From the NCBI GenBank assembly GCA_037447605.1, contig CM074814.1:1674001-1738000 (forward strand): DNA of 64,000 bases, in the 5' to 3' direction. The notes beneath the pieces were generated by a model. The model saw nothing but the letters and a program-made list of their open reading frames with translations. It made no database searches and was not told the origin of the DNA. The stretch's first letter is position 1, and each line of letters begins with the position of its first letter. This DNA comes from Zygnema circumcarinatum SAG 698-1b. Its lineage: Eukaryota > Plantae > Zygnematophyceae. Shown here piece after piece: positions 10,421 through 23,100 of this stretch. The position numbers and the translations under genes are program-made.

Positions 10421-12817
10421 CAGTCGAAAGCAGCAACTTACTCACATTTAGACGACTGGGCAGAAGAGAAGATGATATATGAATGGAGTTTTCTATTTAA
10501 GTTGAAATGCAAAATGTTCGACCATAGAACTGAGTGTTTTACACCACCTGTGCGTACGACGTCTGTTCTATTGAAAGGAGAGACTGGGTTGGACATCTCC
10601 GATGTTAGAATCAGAGCAGAAAAGTCAGGTTTGCAGGTTTTTTTGATGTAGGAGCTTGAAGTCTCACATACATTGCTCCTCCCGGAGTTTGCATATGAGA
10701 AAAAAATCGGCAGAGTCGCAGCAAGCATCTGGAGTCTGTTGGCGATACTTGAAAAACTGCAGCAGGCCCGATATGTGAAGCAGTGTGAGCAGAATGGAGA
10801 GCCTGAAAAGACAGATGGAAAGAAGTCCTTGTCCTGCACAGAACCTATTTGATGTAGACGTCATATTTGACAGAACTGCACTGCGAAATGCCAAGCCCCC
10901 CCATCCTCCCCCTCCCCCACCCCCTCCCCCTCTTCCTCTCCCTCTCTCTTCCCCCTCCCCCGCCTACCAACGCACATTTGGTGGGTCCTATTGAGGAGCC
11001 TCTAGGTTGCTGTGATATTTGACTCATCAAGTATTGATTGACAAGTGGTCGGCTCTCATGATGTGCTGCTGTAACATTTATCAGGAAACCGTGTATATTG
11101 CATATTTGTAGATTTATGGCTTCAAAGGAGATGGAGGATACAAATGTCGGGTGTTTCAAAGCCATGGCGAGGAAGTTGGGCAATTCATCCCTTGACCCCG
11201 GATGGCGAGCAGGAGCAGAGTTTCCTCATGTGAGTTTACCTTTGTTCAAGCCAGGCATTCTTGACTGCTATGCTACATCCAATAACCTTCTACAAAATTG
11301 TATTATTTGTTAAATCGTATGCAGACAGTTGTCGCAGTGAAAGCACTTGCAACAGTTTGTGTGACAGTGAACAGATTTGTGGCTATTCGAAGGTGATTAG
11401 ATGAGCTATTTTGCAGTTCCCTATTACTCGCAATTCTTTCCACGCTATTCGCCTGTGTTCTCAGATTTGGTTACTGACCTGTGCCTGGTTGGGAGGTGCA
11501 GGAAATTCGGCGACATCAGAGCTCAAGGAGGCGGAGTTTGGATGAACGCTTATGGGGCTTCCACAAGGTGCGCCTCTATGTGTTATCTTCGTCTTTCCTC
11601 CTTTCTCCCTTCCCATCCTTATTTCCTGACTTTCTCCTTCAAACCATCTGTCTGGCCTTGTTTGCACTCCCTGGTATAAGTAGCCTTCCCTTTCCCTCAC
11701 GCGCTCTCTCTTTGTTCCTTTTCTCCATCCATTTCATCGCCCCCTTTTCTGCCTATCGCTCCTTGTTTTTCTCTCTCCCCTGCTTTAACTTGCCACCTCT
11801 GATTCCGTTCTGCCTCTCCACTTCTCCCTCCAGTCCTCGCTCTTCCGTCCCGTCACTTCCTCATCCGCGCCTACCTTCTCTCCCACTGCTACTCTCGTCC
11901 TTTCATCCTGCTCGCTACTATCACATCCCTTGTTTACCCTTCTTAACCTCAGATGTTCCTCCTGCTATCTCTCCCCCTCTCCCGCTCCCAACTCTCCATT
12001 TATCTCTCCATTTTCCTCTCCTCCAACCTTCTGCTGGCTTACCAAAAGCTATATAAGCACCTGAGTAGGCCTCCTCTATAATTAAATCTTTGGCCCCTCT
12101 TAGAACCGTCACCAAAGCACTCTTGTCCCTTGCTATATACAGACCCATCCCTCGGAGAGTCGAAGTGTACCGGAAATTAAGCCGAAGGGGCATCCTGGTC
12201 ACCGAACAACCTCTTCTCTTGGAGACTCCAAGCTGCAAATTGAGCTGGAGGAGAAGTCCACACCCTCACCTTCTCTCTCTACCCCTCCTCCAGAATCTCC
12301 CTTCCCGGAATCCTCTCAAAGTGAGCTCTCTCCATGGAGCACATCATCAGGACAGCCTCACATGTCTGCAGCAGACTCTTCATCAGGGGAAGATCTCTCT
12401 GCGGATCGGGACGGTCCAAGCAGTTCGAAATCTTGGAAGAAAGGCACAGACAATGTACATAGCTCTGCTCTGGAAGGGATTGAGGTACGGGAAAGAAGTG
12501 GTGAGAACCAAACCTTAGCAGAATATAAGGTAGAGTGGTCGGATTTCGACAGATACGGTATTGATATCGACCTCTTTGTGGGACACAGCAGATTGCCTCC
12601 TGTAGACATAATCTGCCACACAGGTCTGCTTCAGTCAGCTTCTGAGCAGGAAACGGCGGCTATGGTAGCGGAGGCACAGAAGGCAGAAAGGGAGAACTCC
12701 GGGGCTGCTGAGAGAGATGAGTTGGCTGCCACTACAGACAGTCTGCATACAGCAACAGGGATCGGGAGATACTCGTACAACTTAGTGGGGGCAAGGGCAA
12801 CAGGTACGAAACCATAG
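10421..12817 (+). pseudogene. Degenerate or unknown gene (or TE-derived coding remnant)
   Basis: One reading frame from 10421 to ~10853 is interrupted by a single TAG at 10649-10651. Exon-like pieces occur at ~11110-11229 (ends |gtgagt) and ~11500-11567 (ends |gtgcgc). A ~240-codon S/P/E-rich open frame spans ~12104-12817. No family was recognised. Confidence 0.3.
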
Positions 12818-14378
12818 CCTCTGCTACTCTCATCGGATGTCCTTCTCTCACCCTCTATGCTTGTCTTGAGTTGCAGGAGCTGAATTTCTGATGTCTGCAT
12901 GATATTCTGTGCCTCTGCAATAATGCAGATGGAATAGGATCGGAGTCGTTAGACCGATTCGGATCCTCTCTTGCTCGGACTCTGAGCACAGAGATGGGAA
13001 AAGAAGGCGGACCGTCGCCACTTGTCCGGTCGTGGTCTCTCTCAGCCAATCCAAAGTGGCGGGCAGGGCAGGGAGAGCTCCCTCCCTCCTTCCAAAATCC
13101 GCAGACCCAGAAAACGCTCAGCCCTCTTAGGCACCCTCGTCGAATAGTGGGTTTGGACAGGCCGCCTGACTCCCCAAGAAGGACAAGGAGTGGGGTGGTG
13201 AAGTCACTCACAAGATGGCTATCAGGGCCGGTAGATTATGGAGCTGGACTGACAGTTAAGGAATGAGGACTTGCCGCATAAGGAGGCACTCTTCGAAGGA
13301 GCAAAGGTGAGGCTCGTGATTGAGAATTCAGGGGATTTGTAGCATTGTGTGGCAGGGAAGGCAGAAGACCCGTGTGAACATGGCCGTCTCTCGCTCTCGT
13401 ACTTGCTCTTTCTCTCTCTCTTTCTCTCTCTCTCCCTCTCCGTCCCTTGACTATGCTGCCATGTGTGCTATGGATAGGATTTGAAAGGGGAAGTCGTGGA
13501 GGTTGGCCTTTAGGTCACCCTCCACCTGGTCTGAAACTAGGTCCAATATCAGCCTGTTGTTTAAAAATGTCATGGGTTTTGGCTGAGTCTTATAAAGATT
13601 TAAGGGTCAGCGTCTTAGAGAGGGGCAGCTTCCAGTCGACAGGTTCAAACCCTGCCAATCCAATTTTAGGCCAAATTGAGACCCCAGGACACCACTAGTT
13701 GGAGGTCGTCCAGCATCTCCAGAAGAGGACCTCCGAATTTTTGAATGCCAATATTTTGATACCTACAGGATGCAGTACCCGAACTCAATTTTAGGAAGAT
13801 AACTTCTTATAGTAAAGGCATGCATGTCTGTACAATGCCGACCTGAGACTATGGGTTGGTGACTTAGCCAAACAACTCATAACTTATAAAAGTCAGAGGC
13901 CCTTCAAACCATAGGAGCAAGAGTTCCATATTGTGATAATGCCATGTTCCTGACCTTGGCAGACTCTTCTACCAACCTATGGTCGAGTATTGAGTCACTG
14001 CTGCTTCAGTAGAGTGAGGGCTCTCTGATGAATAATGAAGATGCTGTGGTGTTCTATGTCATTGTTGCGGAGGGAGAGTTTCAAATGCAATAACAGCAGG
14101 AAAAAAGTGTCGTCAGATCTCTCTCTTTCCAGCTCATGACTCGAGCCACAAGCCGGCCCTAGAAACAGCCACTAAGGTCGCCGATGTGTGACGTGACACA
14201 TGTTCAATCTCTCTGTCGATGGCAGTCTCAATTACATTCGTCTGATATGCAATTTCAAGTTATCCCGATATATCGACTTTATATCGTATCGAGAATGCGA
14301 TATCATTCAAAGTTTTGGCACTCTCGGCGGTTTACACGTGTTCAAATCGCAGCGGCGGAAGGGCAGTGACACGACATA

Positions 14379-14702
14379 GGGTGGGTTTCCATCAGCCCGT
14401 TTCGTAACGAGCTTGTTACGGTCCACGTAGGATGCCGTTTTCAGATGGAACGACGAGTTCCATCAGAACGCCGTTGGCCAGCGTGGCAGTCGCACGCTGG
14501 CGGATCTTCGGTAGCCACGTGGCGGCACGCGAATGGTCGTAATGGCGTTACACCACCTCCGGAGCAGCATCCTGTGGAACGGTGCCTCGTTACCACGTGG
14601 CGCCACGTCGGCGCCACGTCGGCGGAAACGGCCTCATGGAACCCATGGGTCGTCGTCCATTACGACGCCACGTCGGAATAACGGGCTGATGGAACCCCAC
14701 CC
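14379..14702. mobile_element. Tourist/PIF-Harbinger-like MITE, 324 bp
   Basis: 23-bp TIR gggtgggtttccatcagcccgtt / aacgggctgatggaaccccaccc with 1 mismatch. 3-bp TSD ATA at 14376-14378 and 14703-14705. Confidence 0.8.
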
Positions 14703-15442
14703 ATAGTCGCCACGCAAAGGTGTCCATGATGACGCAAAAGCGTAGCGGGACACGCGACGCTGTTTATGTTTTACGGTAACAGAACTGCGCCGACATGTCC
14801 GACAGCAACCAGGACACGTGGCGCGCCAGGAGTGGGGATGGCGGTATTTATTAATTATTTCTTTCAGGGGGGGCTGCTACTTTCACACCTTTGGTGGTTC
14901 TTTTTTAATTTTAGAATAAAAAGGGTTAAAAACCAGTGAATCCCATTTTATTTTGAGTGCGTCTTCTTGAGCAGTTCGCGCAACGCAACAGGAGAGGTCA
15001 GGAAGGGTTTTGCTCCTCCACCATATTTCTTCGCCTAGTCTTATGCAGCGTGCTCCTTCCAGCAATATTGAACAGCATGGTGAGCTCATGCAGAGCCTAC
15101 TGGACAGCTTGGAAGTTCTAACGATTGCCATCTAATAGTTCGGAACCATCGGATGCCAATGGTTGCCAACCATTGGGCGTTCAACCATTGCCATTCAATG
15201 GTTGTCCAATGGTTGCCGATCCACCTGTGAAAGGTTGACCCGCCCTCGTAGGGCTTGTCAAGATTTGGAAAAAATCCTTCGGGTTTCGATTCAGGAAGGA
15301 GGTTTTTCCGAAATCAGTACGATTTTGTCCGGTTATAATAAAACATTCATAAGAAACGTACGAGTTTCGATATTATTTAGCAAGGTGCGGCATAAAATAT
15401 TTCAAGATTGACGGGTTGAAGCGGATTTTGGATGCCAATAAA

Positions 15443-15493
15443 CCAATCATCGCAAGCCATGTGTAAATTTTTACACGTGGCATACCGCATTGG
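15443..15493. promoter_or_regulatory. Inverted ERSE-type dyad, degenerate
   Basis: ccaat catcgcaag ccatg (CpG to TpG variant); cgtgg cataccgc attgg (N8). Confidence 0.4.
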
Positions 15494-15504
15494 CTATTGC
15501 TTTA

Positions 15505-16204
15505 GGGGGCGACTATTTACAGTGTACGTTTTCTGAATGTAGTGTACGTTTTCGGGGGGCAGCAAAAAAATCCTTTTTTTGGCTGCCCGGCGCTGTTTCA
15601 TACTTTTCAGAATAGATACAGACCTTTTTTCGTCGGATGTACGGATAGTGATTTGAAATGTACGAAGCGCGCGCGTCTACAAGGTATAAGGGCGCAACAC
15701 GTGGAGCGACATGATTGGTCGCGGCAACATGTGACGTGACAAGTATGTTTGGGACCGTGACGTGACGAAACGAGACGCGACAAAAGTGGAGTCCGCGGAC
15801 GGCAGTCGGAAATGGCGGGGATTAAAACTGACAGAAAAAGATAGGGCACATAACGTAGCGTGTTTCAGGAAAAATCTGTCAGTTTTTTTCCCGCCATTTC
15901 CGACTGCCGTCCGCGGATTCCACTTTTGTCGCGTCTCGTTTCGTCACGTCACGGTCCCAAACATACTTGTCACGTCATATGTTGCCGCGACCAATCATGT
16001 CGCTCCACGTGTTGCGCCCTTATACCTTGTAGACGCGCGCGCTTCGTACATTTCAAATCACTATCCGTACATCCGACGAAAAAAGGTCTGTATCTATTCT
16101 GAAAAGTATGAAACAGCGCCGGGCAGCCAAAAAAAGGATTTTTTTGCTGCCCCCCGAAAACGTACACTACATTCAGAAAACGTACACTGTAAATAGTCGC
16201 CCCC
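15505..16204. mobile_element. Foldback (Mutator-like) element, 700 bp, almost entirely inverted repeat
   Basis: Arms ~15505-15835 and ~15875-16204 are near-perfect reverse complements around a 39-bp spacer. Termini are GGGGGCGACT / AGTCGCCCCC. 8-bp TSD TTGCTTTA at 15497-15504 and 16205-16212. Confidence 0.92.
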
Positions 16205-16422
16205 TTGCTTTAACGGTTAAATATCCGTGGGATACGCACTTCTTGACACGCCAAAAGTCAAAAAGTGACCCCCCCCACTGCAAGGACGTGTACGGGCGAG
16301 TAGAAGACTGGGAGGGACCCACCAGCGGCCACTTCCCTTCGACCCAGAAGCTGCAGAGGCCCAGCTCCCTGCCCCCACCTGTTTCCTTCTCCCACATCTT
16401 TTAGGGTTGTGCTCCGCTCGTT

Positions 16423-17868
16423 TTGCCCATGGGGGACGCGAAGAGGAGGGCGAGCGGTCGATCCATGGCAGAGGGAGGAGCCATGGCGGGCCTCCCTCTC
16501 CCTCTCCTCACCGACATCTTTTCTCGCTCCACGGACGGCGATGTGCAGGAACTCATCTGCCTCTCCACCGTCTGCAAGGCCTTCATGGCGGGGGTTCGCG
16601 AGGTGGAAATTTTGAAAATTGATGAGAGAACCTGCTCATTGATCTATGAAAGGCATCATTCTTCATCAATTGCAAAATCGAAGCTTAAAAGGATTATCAA
16701 CATTGCTCCAAAGGTGCAGCGCTTCGCCTGTCATGGCGACATTGATCCTACTATTTTTTATTCATGGGCAAGCAAAGTGGGAAAAACGCTTCGATCTTTA
16801 CGCTTCTTATCTGTGACTGAGTGGCACATTATTAATCATTTTCTCGTGCTGTTCAGAGTGTTGGAAGAGCTCATAGTCGAAGTTTTCGTACCCAGGGACA
16901 GTAGTCAATTCCCTTTTTATGGTATAAACTCTATTAAATCCTTGAAATTGACAGTACACCAAGAAAGAAGGGCTCCGCGAACCTTCGGTACTTTGAGCCA
17001 ATTTCTTGGCCTGTTTCCCAATGTCGAATATGCGGAGTTGGCTTTTGTCATGTACAGGACATCACGCATAGTTGTTCAGCACCAGAATTTGATCGGTTTG
17101 AAGATAACGATTACACAGCCATTTGGCAGCTATCTCGAACTCAGTGTTCCTACTCTTGAATTTTTTTCTTTCAAGGGTAGGCTCGAGACTTTGGTGGTTA
17201 TTGAGGACATGCGGAGTCTTAAGATGGTCGACATTGATGGAGCAGCAGTGCCAACAATTCCTGGAAAACTCGATGCTAAACACTATGTGTTTGGTCCTTG
17301 CTTTTGCCGGAACTTATTAGGAGAATTCCTCTCGAAGACCAACAGCACCAATGTGCAGTCTATAAGGTTCAACTTGCCTCTGACGGAGTTATCAATTTCT
17401 GAGAAGTTGAGGAATGTTGAGTTCCTGAATCTTACGCGACTCTACTTTAGGGACAACAGTTACGATGCGCCCGTCAACTTCTCTCTCTTGCGTCATTGGC
17501 TAACAATCTTCCCGGCGGTAAAAGAAATTGTATTAGTACGACTATGGGACGGTCGTTGGCGAGTTGAAAAAAGCATATTTGCGGATCGAGAAGCCTGTGA
17601 GAAACTCAATGTACCACTCCTCACCCTTTCTCTGTCTTATTCTCTTATCTTGTTTCTATATTCTTCGGTCATACATCATTTTTTTGGACTTGCTAGACTC
17701 TCCCATCTCTCTGTCCTTCTCTCTCCCTCTCGGTCTCTCCCTCGCTCTCTCGTGCTCTCTCTCACACTCTCCCACTCACACTGTTGCTTTCTCACTCCTC
17801 TCTTTCTCCTTCTCCCTCTCCCTCCCTCCTCCCCTCCGTGCCTCCCCTCCCTTCTCTTGCTCGTCTAA
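16423..17868 (+). CDS. F-box/LRR-like protein, apparently intronless
   Basis: N-terminal F-box-like LPLPLLTDIFSRSTDGDVQELICLSTVCKAF, followed by LxxLxL LRR-like motifs (LRSLRFLS, LEELIVE, IKSLKLT, LETLVVI). The last ~90 codons run through a CT-rich tract and may not be real. Confidence 0.7.
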   Translation: MPMGDAKRRASGRSMAEGGAMAGLPLPLLTDIFSRSTDGDVQELICLSTVCKAFMAGVREVEILKIDERTCSLIYERHHSSSIAKSKLKRIINIAPKVQRFACHGDIDPTIFYSWASKVGKTLRSLRFLSVTEWHIINHFLVLFRVLEELIVEVFVPRDSSQFPFYGINSIKSLKLTVHQERRAPRTFGTLSQFLGLFPNVEYAELAFVMYRTSRIVVQHQNLIGLKITITQPFGSYLELSVPTLEFFSFKGRLETLVVIEDMRSLKMVDIDGAAVPTIPGKLDAKHYVFGPCFCRNLLGEFLSKTNSTNVQSIRFNLPLTELSISEKLRNVEFLNLTRLYFRDNSYDAPVNFSLLRHWLTIFPAVKEIVLVRLWDGRWRVEKSIFADREACEKLNVPLLTLSLSYSLILFLYSSVIHHFFGLARLSHLSVLLSPSRSLPRSLVLSLTLSHSHCCFLTPLFLLLPLPPSSPPCLPSLLLLV

Positions 17869-18153
17869 GAACGTGTCGATATTTGTCTGCTTGTGTTAAA
17901 ATCACCTTTGTCTCCCATGCGGCTCTAATTTAGAGTTTCCACATCTGAGGAACCAGTGAAGCCAAACTGTCCTTTGTCAGTAGTGGACTTAGCCTCCATG
18001 TACATTGAAATAACTCAAATACGTGTGTGCTGAGAGTTTATGATCAACACTACAAGTTTTCCATGGTTCACTTTTTTATTATTTGGCTCGATTGTTTAAT
18101 ACGTGCACGTCTGCGACTAAAACTATCCATGTTCTATCTAGCAGATAGCAGCT

Positions 18154-18939
18154 TTGGAGCTTTACGGAAACTTGCGATTCTTAAAGCAGTATGTTCATCG
18201 TGATAGAAAACGGATTAGCGAATTGGTGCTCCTACCAATGGCTAACCGTTCAGTCATATGCTACGCAGATGCGGCATTTCAGCCGAGACCAGGTTTTTGC
18301 GGCGTTGAACGGCGCTTCCACAAGTCCGCATGGAGAAGGCGAGGCATCCCCGCACGAGTGAGGAGGGGAGGCACCTTTTTTAAGGAACTTTTTGAAGGCT
18401 TTGGTAGGGTTGCTTACCTTTGCTTAGAGTGAGTGTGAGAGAGAGAGTGGGAGGGAGGCCGAGAGAGGGAGAGTCTAAAAGAGTGAGATGGGAAAGAAGG
18501 GGTGGAGTGGAGATGGAGGGAGAAGAGAGAGGGAGAGGGAGAGGAGAGGGAGAAGGGAAGGAGATCCTTGAGAATCGCCTGCTTGAACTACCCTTTCTTA
18601 AGGCCCTTACTAAGGAAGACCCTCCGATATCGACCCGTGGACCTTTGCTTATCGCCCACTTAACCTCTGAAGGCGTGGTTTGGGCACGATGCTGCAGGTC
18701 AACTCGTGGCGATCCACCATGATCCGAAGACGAGGCCGGATCCACGCGAGTTCAATTTTGGGCAGTTCCTTGAAAAAGATGTCGAATTTTTTGTTGCGGC
18801 AGTGATTCCCTTTGGCTCCGGAGGCCGGGTCTGTCCGGGCATGACTCTGCTCTACACCATGGTGGGGCTCATGCTCGCCCATCTGCTGCACCATTTTAAA
18901 TGGGAAATTTCGAAGAAAGAGGCCATCGATCAACTGTAA
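18154..18939 (+). pseudogene. Cytochrome P450 pseudogene fragments
   Basis: YGNLRFL and YADAAFQPRP (N-terminal region); LLELPFLKALTKE...RGPLLIAH (ExxR region, degenerate); GTMLQVNSW, then a frameshift at ~18706 into AIHHDP; heme motif PFGSGGRVCPG. The I-helix region is missing and replaced by an AG-rich tract. Confidence 0.8.
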
Positions 18940-20108
18940 AGTTGGGCTTACTATGTGGCCGGCAAAGCCTTTGAAACTAGTGGCTAAACCTAAGAAACAG
19001 ATAGCCATGTGTGAATGAGGAGAAAGGGAGAGGTGTAGAGAGAGGGAGGATCGCTTTTGAAAGCTCCTCAACACAGCAGGGTTTTCGGGTTTTCAGTTTC
19101 TGGTTCATGCCAGCACATGTAAATGGTTCCTTGTGCCCTCCTGCAATGCATTGCATACGACAAAACTGTTCGTTGGATCGCGTTGCGTGTTCTTCTTTGG
19201 ACGTTTTTTAAGCTGTCGTGGGCGAATGCATCTTTGCAATCTTTCTCGAGGGGAGGGAGGGAGGGAGGGGGGTAAGGAGGGCAGGAGGGAATGGGGAGAA
19301 AGGGAGAGAGGGAGGGAGGGCAGGTGGGGAGCGAAAGCGAGGGCAGGAGGGGAGTGGCAGAGAGGGAGAGAGGGAGGGCAAAAGCGTAGGGGGAGGGGAG
19401 GGAGGGTGGGAGAGAGGGAGGGCAGAAGGGATGGGGGGGAGGGGGAGGGAGGGCAGGAGAGGAGGGTGAGAGAGGGAGGGAGGGCAGGAGGGGAGGGAGA
19501 GAGAGGGTCTATGAGAAACTGTTTGCTTTGTGTAGGGAAGAGCAATGTGTCAGTGGAAATGAGCGCATGTCTCGTCAAGTGAGGGAAAGCCACATGTACA
19601 GCAGCGCCTCATGCGGCCATTAAGCCACAGTAAAATTAGGCTTCGTTTCGTCTGATTTCTCAAGTCGCAAAGACAGCCGTAGCCCTTGCAAAAAACGGAG
19701 TTGAGCTGATTCATGTTGAACGTACAGCAAAAACGTAAAAAACAAAAAGTCTTGAAATAATTTCGGTATAAATTTGAACTTTTTCTGGAAACATAATAAA
19801 TACTGTTGAATTTTCAGCTGCTGCACTACCCCCTCGAAACCTCCGCGGACTCGACCCAATAGACACTGCTGGCAGCAGACTGACTTTGTCAGCTGCAAGC
19901 AGCTGCACACCAAAGCACACGGTTGTGCCAAAGCCGCCCCCCGGCGGCTCTGCCCTATGCTACAAACCACAGCCAGCAAACACCTCTCTATCTACGGAAG
20001 GCATCGAAAACCACACCTGTCACGACTCACTGCAGCGAAGACTGCTGCATTGGACGGTGCAGGCCCTCGCTGTCTTAAAACTTCAGTACTATACACGCAA
20101 CTCTGTCT

Positions 20109-23100
20109 TTAGAAGTGGAAAGAAGCGGAGCTCTTTATTGAAGGTTCGGGACTTTTGGAGGCCGTTGACTTGTGACCAATTGAGGAAGAGTTGAGAAACT
20201 GGCGAATGTAGTCCACTGTCCACTCGTTCGGAGCGCCGTACTCATCCACCAAATGCGCGACCAGCCGGTCAACCTCGTCCTTCTATACCAAGGAAAGGCC
20301 AATTTCCCAAAATGAGGCACTGTGCTGCTATGTCTCTTGCTCTTGAATAAATAAATATGAACTCTATATGTACTCCCTATACTCTCTCTATGTGCTGCAA
20401 CGGCTGATAAACGAGCTTCTCATCTTTTATGTGGGTCATAATTTATAAAGCATATGAACACTATCAAAAAACGAGTAGTTGAGGCAAGGCGGAAAAGGAA
20501 CTCAGGAAGTGGAAGTGTACCTGTTCAGTGTATGGCTTAGTGATATCGACAAACTGAGCCCGAACAGCGCGTGCTCGGCTTTTGATGAATGACTCCTGCT
20601 GTGAAGTCAGCCCCGAAGTTGATCCGACTACCTCACTCAAAGTCGCCACTACCTGGAGGTTGAGCATGGACGTGTCGGATCAGACATTGGCAGTTTATGG
20701 TAGCACAGTCAAAAGCAAACAAACATGAATGACCTCACAACGAACAGCTGATTGAGGATGACTCTTAGCAGACATTAGGCACTTTTCTCACTTAGCCTAA
20801 ACGCTGCTGATAGTCTGCCATTTGAGCCCGACCAATCTGGGCATGTGAAATTACCTTCTTCAGCTCCCTAACTTCCGCAAGAGCGGTATCCCTCTCTTGG
20901 ATAAGCTCTGCAGCCAACAGCTCCATCGCCCTCTTCTCCTCGCTGCCACTCTCCGCACGCACCTTCATGTCTGCTGCCTGTTCCCCTCAACAATCCAAGT
21001 AGCCCTTCAGCTCAAGTTATGCTTCAACGGCCGCATAACTTCACCCACTAATAAGCTTTTTCCATGCTGGGTTCAAAAACTAGAATCCGTGAGAGCAGCA
21101 CGCGAGCATATTGTGATTCTACTTCACAAGAGTATACTGACAGAATATTTGAATAGGGATCAAGAGAGTACGAGAACAATAATAGAGAACCCTAACCCTG
21201 ACCTTAGTTTTAATCCTAACCACTACCCTAATCCTACACTACAATAAGCTACAGTACTTACATGTTGAATGGCTTGGTCACGTTCTGATGCCAGTGCCAG
21301 CGCCACTGTCTCCAAAGCCACATTTTGCTCCTGAAGGCGTCGTACCTCTTCTGCCAACATCGTCTCTATTGCCTTCATACGATTTGTCATTCCTGTCACA
21401 GCAGCCTTCAGTGCACTCACCTGTGCAGAGAGTGCAACACTAAAGAAAACTTTAGTATTGCTTCCCCATTGCGACTCCAAATTTCTTCAAGTAAATAGTG
21501 GACCCACACAGATGAATTTACATAGCTGAGCCTTGTAATCATGTCAGTCTCCCAGGTTTCCATGAGTTCCCTTGACCACCCTGTTCTGGCTTAATACTTT
21601 GACAGAGGATAGAAACATTAGGAGCAGCACCTCGCCCATGGCTGTGTCACGTTCTTGCGCCAACTGGAGTGCAACCGCCTCCAAGGCCTCTTTCTCTGCC
21701 ATCACCCGTCCAATCTCTGTTCCAGCTACCCTCATGTCCATGGCCTGTACGAATGAACACAGCCATTTCCTATCGTTTAACTGTTAGTAGCAACATTAGC
21801 TTTCAAAGCACAGGAAACTTAAAAGATGCATTCATACAGATTCAGGGACTACACATCTCTATACTAACAAGCCGTCAAGAGCATTTTCGTCTCTCTTCTC
21901 CGTAACAAATCTGGCCGTGCAGAACATTCGCTTCAAATACCTTACTCGAAATATGCAAAGCTACTTCTTGATAAGTAGACACTGTCCTTCCTAACCACAG
22001 GGCTATCCGGAAACAAGCAGCATTCTATAAAGCCTTAAGTTACCTCCCCTATGTCAGTTCCACCCAGCAATGTCTGAGAAGTGCATATATTTGCGACTGG
22101 ACGAGCCTTCTTTCGAAATCGCATCCTACATGACATACACCACATCTATTCGTTATGCAATAAAGTAAAATTCAATACTCCCATTTTGTATGTGACTTTT
22201 ATCATCCGGCTATGTTTGCACTGTGCTTTAGGTAGATGCCGTCATTGAGGTTTGCCGTCAGCAAACCTTCAAATTCAGGCAAGCAGGAATTTCGGTCAGC
22301 TTCCTTCAGCTGAGGTATCCTCTTCTACATCACTTCCCTTTCGTGCTGATTCGAAGCCATCATCTGTATTCAAACTGTCCCCTGGCAGAACCAGAATTTG
22401 TCGTGCTAGCATACCATGTTGGCCCGTGACTAACATTTCCATACTTTCAGCAGTTGAAACCACCGCATTCAATCAGCAGCCTCTACCTCCCGTGGATCTA
22501 TATAATTGCCACATTGTAGGGGATATTACTTCATTGAATACCTGCTTCACAGCCGCGTCCCGCTGTTCCACAAGCTCCTGAAGAGTCTTCTTCGTCCTTG
22601 GGTCCAACGACTGCATAACAGGACAAGAGTGTCAAGACTCTCAAAACACTCTAATCCGGGTCGAAAAAACGTGAGTGGGCAAGAACCTGTCTCCTTCGAA
22701 GCAGTACCAACTCCAGGCCGAAGACTGCAGACCTACCGCAAAACTGCCTTCAGGAAGTGGCCCCTCCACCATCTCAATCACAGCCCGCATAGGTGAGGTC
22801 GGCTGCAGGCTCTGCGTGTGCGCCCCGGAAAGGAGGCGCCTGCACAGGCAACATTCAATCTTCAGACACGATGATAGACAAGCCAAAGGCTTGGCATTGA
22901 AATGGACTGCTTCAGTGCCAATGTTAGAACGCATTTCGCTCATTCCGCCTCTTGCGGAGATACCTGAGCTATCTGGTCTGAAAAGTCGCCCTTACTGCAT
23001 GATTAATGGCACAGCAAAACTGTCTACAAGACGAACCTCTGACACAACTGAAACAAGCCTTAGTAATGTTCACTTTCCGACAGGCTACGGGTGAAAGCAG

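Noticed and set aside
17610-17868. Hydrophobic C-terminal tail of the F-box ORF as a membrane anchor
   Set aside because: It is encoded by a CT low-complexity tract, and the Leu/Ser/Pro bias follows from that composition.
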